From the IMG/VR virus record IMGVR_UViG_3300037067_026010, positions 32,001 to 96,000 of that record: a stretch of DNA of 64,000 bases; one strand, written 5' to 3'. Shown here piece by piece: positions 36,976-45,023 of the stretch. Made by a program: the position numbers and the translations under genes. The stretch comes from a virus. Its lineage: Duplodnaviria; Caudoviricetes. Below the pieces are notes generated by a model. The model had not been told where the DNA came from. It did not search any database and saw only the letters and a program-made list of their open reading frames with translations. Each line of letters begins with the position of its first letter. The stretch's first letter is position 1.

Positions 36976-38643
36976 TTATCCGAACACCTTTTTGGGAAAT
37001 CCAAAAGTGGTAAGTTTCAGCAATGGCCAGCCTTCCACGAAACTGGTCGTGAAGCAATCCCCCTGTTGAAGGACAGGCTGAATGTATCGCGCCGCCGGCA
37101 TCCAGGCGCCACAAGCGGCATAGCTATCGGGTACGTCGAATGGCCCCTTGGGGCCGGAGACGTGGTTGCCGTGGCCTGTGTTGGCCACCCAGAAATATTG
37201 CGGTGCGGCCTTGCCGTCGTAGCGTACCCCGGTGATCGTCATGCAATGCGCACCGCTCTTGAAGCGATTCGCTACGCCGTTGGCATCCCGAGAAAGCCCC
37301 CAGGTGGTGTAGCCGCAATACTGAATGGCGTAACCGGATTGAACCAAGGCACCGGCGGCTTGAATATCGGTTACGGCCACGCGGTCGCGGCAGCGATGCT
37401 CGACCGCGTACTTTTCGAGGGCGTCCGGTACACCGTTGCCACCCTCGCCCCAGGACTTCGCCCTGCTGCCGCTATATCCTGCACTCAAATCCATTTCCGG
37501 ATAGGCAGAGTAATACAGGGTACCGTACTTCTCCCACGCCCGCATCGCGTCGATGCCAGCCATTCCCATGCCGTGGTAGCGATAGGAATTGAACAGCTCA
37601 CATTTACCAAAACCGTAAATACTTTCGCGGCAGATCAGTGCATCCGGTTTACGCACTTTGCCTGCCAGAGCAAATACGGCAAGGATAACATCCCCTAAAT
37701 GGCCACTCCCCCAAGAGACGCAGTTGGATACGGCAATACCGTTAGCAATAAAGGAATGATCTTCCTCAACCTCCAGGCAATACACCGAGATATTCCTGAC
37801 GGTGCTTCGGGTAATTCGCCGTATACTCCGAGCCAGCCCTTCGGCAGTTACGATCCGTTTACTCGGGCGTGTTGTCACCGCCGCTGCCTGCAATTCCGGG
37901 TAGACGGCAAGGGTAGATTCCCCGCCAAGATTAACCTCCCAGGCTGGTTTCCAGGTAGTGGCATGTGCATCTTGCCGTGTACGACACCGCAGTTTTGGCT
38001 GTAAGCGGCATTGTAACGCGAGGCGGCACACGCCACGGGCCAGTGACGGGCTAGCCAAGGTTTCTGAAACATCGTAAGATTTTTTATCCAAGTATCCGTG
38101 CGGGATTAAAACACGGTCGCCTACGCACAGTTCTCCGGAAGGCCGCCATGATAGTTCCTGCGTCGTCGTGCTTTGCCCTCCTGTTAGTTTGGCGGAAGGG
38201 GTTCCAGCATAAACGACGTACTTGTGGTCTGGCGTCGATGTGAGTCCACCGAAGTGCCCGGTTACCTCTGTTGTCACCAGTTCGCCAGAGTAAGGTTTCT
38301 TGATCGTTCGCAGAACACGGCGCACGTGATTATTATGCGTAATCACGTATTCGCCGACGCGAACTTCCTCAATAGCACGCTCTGTGCCATCCGCCATCAA
38401 TACACGAGTGCCTGCAACGTGGCAGTCTCCTGTACCCTGGAAGCCGTACTTCCAATTGGGCCAAAGCTCGAACAGCGCATTCCACAACACCGTGTCCTGG
38501 TGTTCGTCGGCGCCAATGATATACGGCGCGGCTTCCATGATGTTGCGCCGCGGTATAGCCGCCGATTCCGGCGTCAAATGGTAGCCGTAATTGCGTTGAT
38601 TTTCCGGTAGATTATTCAAACTGTCTAAATATTCAGTCGACAT
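36976..38643 (-). CDS. Papain-like (C1A) cysteine peptidase interrupted by a mini-intein
   Basis: The spliced product reads FQGTGD-CVSW (oxyanion Gln and catalytic Cys), GAHCMTITG (His) and FWVANTGHG (Asn); start ATG 38643 with GGAGG RBS. Confidence 0.8.
   Translation of the reverse strand: MSTEYLDSLNNLPENQRNYGYHLTPESAAIPRRNIMEAAPYIIGADEHQDTVLWNALFELWPNWKYGFQGTGDCHVAGTRVLMADGTERAIEEVRVGEYVITHNNHVRRVLRTIKKPYSGELVTTEVTGHFGGLTSTPDHKYVVYAGTPSAKLTGGQSTTTQELSWRPSGELCVGDRVLIPHGYLDKKSYDVSETLASPSLARGVCRLALQCRLQPKLRCRTRQDAHATTWKPAWEVNLGGESTLAVYPELQAAAVTTRPSKRIVTAEGLARSIRRITRSTVRNISVYCLEVEEDHSFIANGIAVSNCVSWGSGHLGDVILAVFALAGKVRKPDALICRESIYGFGKCELFNSYRYHGMGMAGIDAMRAWEKYGTLYYSAYPEMDLSAGYSGSRAKSWGEGGNGVPDALEKYAVEHRCRDRVAVTDIQAAGALVQSGYAIQYCGYTTWGLSRDANGVANRFKSGAHCMTITGVRYDGKAAPQYFWVANTGHGNHVSGPKGPFDVPDSYAACGAWMPAARYIQPVLQQGDCFTTSFVEGWPLLKLTTFGFPKKVFG
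37723..38424 (-). mobile_element. Mini-intein (234 aa) with only a remnant endonuclease
   Basis: CHVAGTRVLMADG...STPDH...VYCLEVEEDHSFIANGIAVSN followed by Cys; no intact LAGLIDADG pair. Confidence 0.88.
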
Positions 38644-38645
38644 AC

Positions 38646-39095
38646 TTAACCTCCTGCCGCCCAGGCAAATGCCTGATAGCATTCGATGACTTTGTTGCGC
38701 CGCTCCGGCGTAATCGGCCCGGGGTCGTCGCCGGCCCACTTCAACATGGCACTGTTCATGGCGTCGCTTAATCCCGGCACGGGCTTAAATTCAGCGCCAA
38801 AACGCAGATTGGCGACATTGTCGTTGTAAGCGCTTAACGTACCGGCGTCTTTGATCAAATTGCCGGCGTCGCGCTGAATCATCGCCGCCGTCGCAAGGCA
38901 GTAATTGGCAAATTCGATGCGTTGCGGGTGTTCCGCCATATCCCGCTTGATTCCGGCGACGAGCGTTTGCAGCTCCGCCACGGGTTCGGAGACGACGGAC
39001 GCCGTCGATGATTCTACGATATAAGGCGCTGCAAACGGCGCGCCGACGCCGACGACGATTAGGATTGCTAAAACCCAATTTAACAATGGTTTCAT
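38646..39095 (-). CDS. Membrane-anchored/secreted protein
   Basis: 149 aa, N-terminal hydrophobic signal/anchor. Confidence 0.7.
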   Translation of the reverse strand: MKPLLNWVLAILIVVGVGAPFAAPYIVESSTASVVSEPVAELQTLVAGIKRDMAEHPQRIEFANYCLATAAMIQRDAGNLIKDAGTLSAYNDNVANLRFGAEFKPVPGLSDAMNSAMLKWAGDDPGPITPERRNKVIECYQAFAWAAGG

Positions 39096-39111
39096 GAGCC
39101 CTTTCCCTTTT

Positions 39112-39309
39112 CTAAAAATTGCTTGGGCTAAGTAGCCAACAAATGCTGAGTAATATCAAGCCGCCCAGAATCACTGGGGGCAAGATTACGGAAAGGATCA
39201 AGGCGCCGATGACCGACCAAATCGAGTCCCAGTTATCGTACATGAACGACACGAAAAGCTTTATCGACGCGCATGACCAAGCAGTAATTAACAAAATGAG
39301 CCAAATCAT
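39112..39309 (-). CDS. Small membrane protein
   Basis: 65 aa, almost wholly hydrophobic; ATGA overlap with the upstream gene. Confidence 0.6.
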   Translation of the reverse strand: MIWLILLITAWSCASIKLFVSFMYDNWDSIWSVIGALILSVILPPVILGGLILLSICWLLSPSNF

Positions 39310-39659
39310 TTGCCACCTGTACCGGTACCAGCGGTCTCCTCGTTGACGATCAGCAAAAGCACTTGCTGCATACCGGCTTTTGCCTCGGCATTTGCTTGAA
39401 TTGTGGGCTTACGCCACAACTGCATCCACGCATTTACGTCGCCGTGAAGTATGTCCTCCGGAACAGCTTGCTTGATGTCTGCAGCTGCAGCCTGTTTAGC
39501 GGCAGCTTGCGCCCGCAGGTTCTGCCACCAGGTTCGTATCGAGCCGCGATTGGCCCATAGCAGAACGATAACCGCTGCTACGGCAAGGACCCAGGCGTAA
39601 TCACTGAGCATGGAAAAATCTAAAGAAATTTGGGAAAACATGTCGCTTGTCTCCATCAA
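39306..39659 (-). CDS. Single-TM membrane protein
   Basis: YAWVLAVAAVIVLLW. Confidence 0.6.
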   Translation of the reverse strand: MMETSDMFSQISLDFSMLSDYAWVLAVAAVIVLLWANRGSIRTWWQNLRAQAAAKQAAAADIKQAVPEDILHGDVNAWMQLWRKPTIQANAEAKAGMQQVLLLIVNEETAGTGTGGK

Positions 39660-40218
39660 GGTTATCTGGGGTTACCGCAGCACTCCATATGCCACGCCGT
39701 GCTTTCTTGGCCACCACTTCGGCGGCCTTCCAATCAGGATACTCCGTACCGACGACCCAGGCCAATCCGGCGCGCACCTGTTCCAGATTGGCCACAGTGC
39801 CTTCGGGCGTCGTAACAACGCCGGTAAGCGCTTCTGAACCTAGCCGCTTGCCATCCGTGATCTTCGTACGCACCGTACGACCGCACAACATTCGATCCAG
39901 TGCGGCTTGGGATTCTTCTGCCCACGGTTCGCCTGGTAAAGGTACTGCAATACCCTCCAGGAAAATATGCCGCTCGCGGCGCCCCGCAAGACCAGCCGGT
40001 ACGGTAAATTCGCGGCCACTAATGACCTTGGCCACCTCGTCAGTGCGTTCGTGCGTTCGGTTAAAAAAAGGCCGGGCACGGCGGCAGTTGCATTGGCTCG
40101 TAAGCAGCTGCCAGCAAACGATGATCAATACCGCGAAAACGATATATTGTTTAAACGGCTCGATAATCTTCCAAAGTGTCCCAGCAATCGTTCCGAGTAT
40201 CGCAAGAACCGTAGCCAT
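39601..40218 (-). CDS. Membrane-anchored thermonuclease (SNase)-fold protein, probably inactive
   Basis: NLEQVRAGLAWV...AEVVAKKARRGIWS is the SNase C-terminal signature; the catalytic motifs are degenerate. Confidence 0.75.
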   Translation of the reverse strand: MATVLAILGTIAGTLWKIIEPFKQYIVFAVLIIVCWQLLTSQCNCRRARPFFNRTHERTDEVAKVISGREFTVPAGLAGRRERHIFLEGIAVPLPGEPWAEESQAALDRMLCGRTVRTKITDGKRLGSEALTGVVTTPEGTVANLEQVRAGLAWVVGTEYPDWKAAEVVAKKARRGIWSAAVTPDNLDGDKRHVFPNFFRFFHAQ

Positions 40219-40275
40219 AGTCGCCACTCCGTTTGGGAAAGCTGTCCTGCATTGTGCTACTGCCGAGCCAAGGCG

Positions 40276-40677
40276 TCAATCGCAAGCCAGCTGCTCCGAG
40301 GATTCTGCAGGGTCGGTCAGCCAATGATCCTGTGGGCAGTCTCCGCAACAGAGCCAGGCTTCCCAGACGTCGCGCCCGGGGGCATCGCCGCCGTCAGCCC
40401 ATCGACAGTAGCCATTGGCAGTGTCGTAATGCTCGCAAGCGCCGCAGATCATTTGCAAGCGCAACTGCACGGCGTCGGCTCGCGAAGGCAGTGCCGCGGC
40501 GGCGTCTTCGCCTGGCTGACTCTGCGGCAGCGCGCCCGCCGCAGTCACAGACTGACCGGGCCGGCATGCCCGAACGCACGTCGGACGTATCCAGTAGCGT
40601 TCGTTGCCGCAGACGCTGCAGGTCAATTTGAACCTGCCGTCGGCCGCGGGTTCGGATATCCACTGGCAGTAGTTCAT
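40276..40677 (-). CDS. Cys-rich hypothetical protein
   Basis: CSVC, RLQMICGACEHY and CPQDHW. Confidence 0.6.
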   Translation of the reverse strand: MNYCQWISEPAADGRFKLTCSVCGNERYWIRPTCVRACRPGQSVTAAGALPQSQPGEDAAAALPSRADAVQLRLQMICGACEHYDTANGYCRWADGGDAPGRDVWEAWLCCGDCPQDHWLTDPAESSEQLACD

Positions 40678-40688
40678 AGTTTCGTGGT

Positions 40689-41153
40689 TTAACTCGTCAG
40701 TGAACCACCGCCTGGAGGGTCAGGCGTAACGCCAAAAGACGACGGATCACCAGTTAATGTAACGGAAAGCTCGTCGCAACGTGTCGTACCCGAGAATGTT
40801 CCCTCCCAACCAGCGGACCAGAAAACAAAGCCTGGCGCACAGGTACCCGTAGACCACGCCACGCCTACAGAGCCGTTCAAGATTATTGCCGTAATCGTCG
40901 TATAGATACCACAAATTGATAACTCTAGAAAATAACAACACGGATAGTTCGTAGGATCAGGACGTGTTAGCACGTAATCGCCTGCCGGTAGTACACAATC
41001 CGGGTCACAGGTAGTACAGGTTACCGAAGGCAACGTCACGGTAACCTCGTCTGGCATGCTGCCTACGCAGCCGCAGTGGCAGCAACATTCGAGATCCTGC
41101 GTAACCTTGTCGCCGACCAGCAGTAGTTTGTCTCCCCACTTGACCAGCGCCAT
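40689..41153 (-). CDS. Cys-rich hypothetical protein, possibly virion surface
   Basis: ECCCHCGC, CTTC and PCCY. Confidence 0.6.
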   Translation of the reverse strand: MALVKWGDKLLLVGDKVTQDLECCCHCGCVGSMPDEVTVTLPSVTCTTCDPDCVLPAGDYVLTRPDPTNYPCCYFLELSICGIYTTITAIILNGSVGVAWSTGTCAPGFVFWSAGWEGTFSGTTRCDELSVTLTGDPSSFGVTPDPPGGGSLTS

Positions 41154-41154
41154 G

Positions 41155-42315
41155 TCAACCCCCGAAAAGCGATCCGACGATGCCGCGGATCATACCGCCC
41201 CAGAGACCCATCGTTTGTAGCTTTTCCTGTGCAGCCGGTGTCAGCCCGCCAAGGGCACCCAAGACGCCGCCAACGACGTGTGCCGTGGCAAGATCCACGC
41301 CAGCCGTCGCCAAGCCTTTGATGAAATGCTTTGGATTTAAATACTCTGGTCCACCGTATTGCGCCCCGATCCCACTGACGACCCCGGAGGCTGCCGCGGC
41401 CATCGCAGGCGGTGTACCCATCGGCTGTTCGTTCGTACCCCAAGGACTCTTCGTACCGTAAGGGTTGCTCCTCGCCGCCGAGTAATTGCCCACGTCATTC
41501 CAAATGGCCTGATTGAAAGCGTCCAGCGGCACGGCCGGCAGATTCGCCGCACCCGTTTCGCCGTAGCGTTCAGCAACTTTACGCATCCACGGGTCGCTAG
41601 GGAACTCGCGCAGGGCTGCGGCTGCCTTATCGAGAATGTGGTTTCTGCTGGTCTGAATGCGGTCGTTTTCCAGTTGCGCCTGTATGGCGGGATCCTTCGG
41701 CAAGGAGTTGAGCGACGATAGCCAACCGCGCGTCCAACCGACCGGTTTGCCTGATGCATCTTGCATCCTGGCGCGTGCCGATGCGGTCCAAATACCTGGA
41801 ACTGCCCCAAGACCTGCGCCGAGAAGTCCTAATGTTTTACGCAGCTTGCCTCGCCGCAGATATCGCTCCGGAAAAAGATGCTCCAGCATTGCCCCGGCAC
41901 CGTAGCCCAGGCCCCCTGCCAGTAAGCCGCCGCCCAGGGTCGTCGCCAAGGCATTGGGGCTTTCCCATGCCGCCTTATAGAACGGATTGAAAGATATGCC
42001 CAGTGCGTTTGCACGCTTGATATGCACCCAGTCGTCGCGGTTCGGTGGATGGCACTCTGCGACTACTTCAACGGTCTTTACGCCTGGCACCGCTTGCAGA
42101 GCATTATGGTATTTATTGTATACCGCCTGATCGTCGCCGTCGCTCAGCACTGCATGCACGGCCTTGTCTTCGGGATGCCAGAATAGATAACCGTAACCCG
42201 GATCGGCAGCCGGCGGAAGCTTTTGCAAAACGCGGCGCAAGCACATGACCTCGCCGGCCGCCTCCTTGACGAGCTGCGATACGCGTGCCGGTACGTCCTG
42301 CCAAGTGATGCTCAT
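41155..42315 (-). CDS. Glycine-zipper membrane protein with KxA sites
   Basis: VKEAA, IKRA, DKAAA and RKVA; LGGGLLAGGLGYGAG and VVGGVLGALGG. Confidence 0.7.
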   Translation of the reverse strand: MSITWQDVPARVSQLVKEAAGEVMCLRRVLQKLPPAADPGYGYLFWHPEDKAVHAVLSDGDDQAVYNKYHNALQAVPGVKTVEVVAECHPPNRDDWVHIKRANALGISFNPFYKAAWESPNALATTLGGGLLAGGLGYGAGAMLEHLFPERYLRRGKLRKTLGLLGAGLGAVPGIWTASARARMQDASGKPVGWTRGWLSSLNSLPKDPAIQAQLENDRIQTSRNHILDKAAAALREFPSDPWMRKVAERYGETGAANLPAVPLDAFNQAIWNDVGNYSAARSNPYGTKSPWGTNEQPMGTPPAMAAAASGVVSGIGAQYGGPEYLNPKHFIKGLATAGVDLATAHVVGGVLGALGGLTPAAQEKLQTMGLWGGMIRGIVGSLFGG

Positions 42316-42572
42316 GAAGGACCCTTTCGCGGTTGCATTGCGCCCAGGTCTTCAGCGTACCATATCAGGGGGTATGCATCCAGGCCAGCACCCACGCTGG
42401 GAAACGTCGCATTGCCGTGCGCGGCGAATCTTTGATATTCACCGTCTCCTGACGCCACAACTCGTGTAGGGCACGGTATCGCTGCCAGTGTCGCCAGCGC
42501 GCCCGATGCCGCAGACTCTGCCGCATGGCAGACCTGCAAAATTTCAAAAATTTGTTTTTACGACGATGCAGA

Positions 42573-43313
42573 CTACGGGCTGCCGGTTGTGGCCGCACAT
42601 ATTTCTGTTGTGTTCGCATGGGTGGTAAAAGTGTTAATAGAGGGGGATAACCAGTCCGGAGCGCGTCTTGCCGATAATAATTCCGGATCTATGTTACGAC
42701 ACTGTTTGTGTAAGCGGCTTACCGCTGCTCGGATTAACGCATTCACGTAATGCCGCGAGCATTGCAATTCTTGCGTTATCTCGCCACGCGACATGCCGGC
42801 CAGCCGCATTTCGAGAGCCTGGCGCTGCCGAAGCGACAGCCTGGTAACCGCAATGCGGAAAGCGTGCCGACTTTCCTGCTGCAAAAGACGGCGTATCGGC
42901 GGATCCTCGTACCAGCCCTGTACCGAGGTTGCATAAATTTGCCGGGGCGGCCGGCGGCGACTGTTTGGCCTGCGGACATACTGTTCCGTGCCTTGCTGCT
43001 TCCTGGCGTTTTGAATGGCCTGGCGAATCCAATAGGCTGCATAATTTGCAAAACGGTGTCCCCGACCCTCCTGCCAGCGTTCGATAGCCACTATCAGCCC
43101 CAAGATGCCGTCTTGAAAAAGATCTCGTAGAAGTTCACGAGGTTGTCGCAGGCCGCGGGCTATGTGCCAGACAAGACGCTGATTGCACAAAATAAGTTGC
43201 TCTCTAGCCTTGCCACAACCGTTGTGGGCGGCCCGTAGATAGGCTAATTCTTCGTCCGCCGTCAAAGGCGTTGCCGTAGTCGCATTATCGAAGACGCACT
43301 TCCCTGCCGTCAT
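42573..43313 (-). CDS. Sigma70-family RNA polymerase sigma factor
   Basis: Region 1.2 LTADEE; region 2 AREQLILCNQRLVWHIA...DLFQDGILGLIVAIERW...RFANYAAYWIRQAI; region 4 LSLRQRQAL...HTH. Start ATG 43313 (ATGA overlap). Confidence 0.88.
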   Translation of the reverse strand: MTAGKCVFDNATTATPLTADEELAYLRAAHNGCGKAREQLILCNQRLVWHIARGLRQPRELLRDLFQDGILGLIVAIERWQEGRGHRFANYAAYWIRQAIQNARKQQGTEQYVRRPNSRRRPPRQIYATSVQGWYEDPPIRRLLQQESRHAFRIAVTRLSLRQRQALEMRLAGMSRGEITQELQCSRHYVNALIRAAVSRLHKQCRNIDPELLSARRAPDWLSPSINTFTTHANTTEICAATTGSP

Positions 43314-44284
43314 GGTTTTCGCGGTAATTGCGGTAAAAGTTGCACAGGTTCGTGTTGCAACAGGCGATCGACCGGGTGCTGGACCATAGCGGACCCTCCG
43401 GCCAGATATGCCTGCGTCTGCCGTATCGAGCGTTGCGGATCCATCGCATTCTGCATCCGGTCCCACGTTTTGGCTTCGGCGATCGCCCTGTCGCCACGCT
43501 GTTTTATCGTAGCCGCGTGACGTTGTAAAGCGCCGAGTAGTCCTTCACCGGCGTTATAAACCGGTTTGCGTCCGCGCAGCAGCTCCGCCCCATGTCCGCG
43601 CGCTGCCTCGGCGTAGAAACTCTGCGCCGCTTTTACCGGTGCGGGCGGATTCAAAAAATCTTCAACGTCGCCAACGGTTTTCAGCCTCGTTGCACTGTCC
43701 GGATCAATATCGAGATCGATCCAATGCTCCGCCAGTTCCGACGGATCCGCGCCGTAATCTTTCGCGTAGTCAGCTTCGCGATAGACCTGATCCGCCGGCA
43801 CATTAAATCGCTGCATCAGCAGTCGCTGCAACGCCTTATTTTGCAATGGCGTCTGCTCCAGCGTCACCGCCGGCTTATTCGATACCAAATCGGATACGGC
43901 CCCGAGGGCGATGTCGTCCGCCGCGCCGGTCGCCAAGGCCATCGGCGATTTCAATAGGCCGAGTACGCTTGTTTTAGTCAGCGTTTTGGAGATATCCGCC
44001 GGTACATGTGTCTTGGGCAGATGAAAGCGATAGCCGGTCGGTCGATGGGTAATGCCATAGAACCGCTGCAGCTCCTCGTCGATGTACCAGTTTTCCGGAT
44101 TGGAAAGCATCAACTTGCGCAGCTGCGCGCTTTTGGCGGCATAAGCACGGTTGTCGGAGAGCTGCTGAATAAACTGTAGCTGCTCAAGAAGTGGGTGCCC
44201 TGCATCGGGCGGCAGTGCGGCCGTTTTCACAAAAGCCGCCGCGCACGCTTCTACTGCGGCACATTCCATAATGGTGCATGCCAT
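43310..44284 (-). CDS. Modular KxA-punctuated protein containing an acyl-carrier-protein-like domain
   Basis: Start ATG 44284; VKTAA, TKTS and VKAA; ACP-like LQRLLMQRFNVPADQV...DYGADPSE...LKTVGDVEDFL. Confidence 0.65.
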   Translation of the reverse strand: MACTIMECAAVEACAAAFVKTAALPPDAGHPLLEQLQFIQQLSDNRAYAAKSAQLRKLMLSNPENWYIDEELQRFYGITHRPTGYRFHLPKTHVPADISKTLTKTSVLGLLKSPMALATGAADDIALGAVSDLVSNKPAVTLEQTPLQNKALQRLLMQRFNVPADQVYREADYAKDYGADPSELAEHWIDLDIDPDSATRLKTVGDVEDFLNPPAPVKAAQSFYAEAARGHGAELLRGRKPVYNAGEGLLGALQRHAATIKQRGDRAIAEAKTWDRMQNAMDPQRSIRQTQAYLAGGSAMVQHPVDRLLQHEPVQLLPQLPRKP

Positions 44285-44381
44285 GGTTGTCCCGTTCCTA
44301 AAATGAAACCGGCGGCACGGAAACCGGCCGCCGGATTCGGACGTTCTTCCACAAATTGACGGGATCCATCCCGCTACACGC

Positions 44382-44876
44382 TTACGCTTCCGGCGTAGTC
44401 GGAGTTTCCGGGACGGTTGGTGTTTCCGGGACGGTTGGCGTCTCCGGAGTAGCCGGAACTTCGGGAGTTTCCGGCGTGGTTGGCGTTTCCGGCGTTGCCG
44501 GGACTTCGGGAGTCTCCGGAACTGTCGGAGTTTCCGGCACAGTCGGCGTGAGATCACGCTCGGTAATCTCGCCAGACTGCACGCCAAGGTTGACGGCTTC
44601 GCTTGCCACGACGGCAATGTCGTAAGTGCCGACGAGCGGGCGTTCGCCGAGGCTCATATCCGCATCGGCGGTAACGACGATTTGGGCCGTGCCGAGACTG
44701 CCGGTCGTTACGGCAAGACAGCTGAGGCCGTCTTCGGCAGGCTGCAGAACGAGAATGCCCGGGTCGGATCCTTGGATCGCCCAGGCCGGTACGCCATCAA
44801 TCCGCGCGGGGTTACCGACGGCATCGACGGGCCTGATGGACAACGGAACTTGCTGGATGTCAGTAAGTTGTAACAC
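44382..44876 (-). CDS. Ig-like domain protein with PETPTV/PATPET repeat tail
   Basis: GTG 44876 has an AAGGAG RBS (ATG 44996 also possible); Ig-like pattern ...GTAQIVVTADAD..., then a repeat C-terminus. Confidence 0.65.
   Translation of the reverse strand: MLQLTDIQQVPLSIRPVDAVGNPARIDGVPAWAIQGSDPGILVLQPAEDGLSCLAVTTGSLGTAQIVVTADADMSLGERPLVGTYDIAVVASEAVNLGVQSGEITERDLTPTVPETPTVPETPEVPATPETPTTPETPEVPATPETPTVPETPTVPETPTTPEA
44385..44550 (-). repeat. Degenerate 9/18-bp coding tandem repeats (P-x-T-P-E-T)
   Basis: Repeated ccggagacgccaaccgtc-like units encoding TPTVPETPTVPETPEVPATPET... Confidence 0.85.
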
Positions 44877-45023
44877 GTCAAGACTCCTTTGCGATGGGTG
44901 GACATTCGAAACGGGTCCAGCTACCCATTTGAACCGGACCGCGCGCGGTCGTCTGAATTTGTGCATAGGTAGTTCCTCACTTGACCAGACAGCCATCGTT
45001 GTACCGCATCCGTACTACGCTGT

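Noticed and set aside
42312-42619. Short ORFs between the sigma gene and the gene starting at 42315
   Set aside because: Two competing frames and no motif; cannot decide which, if either, is real.
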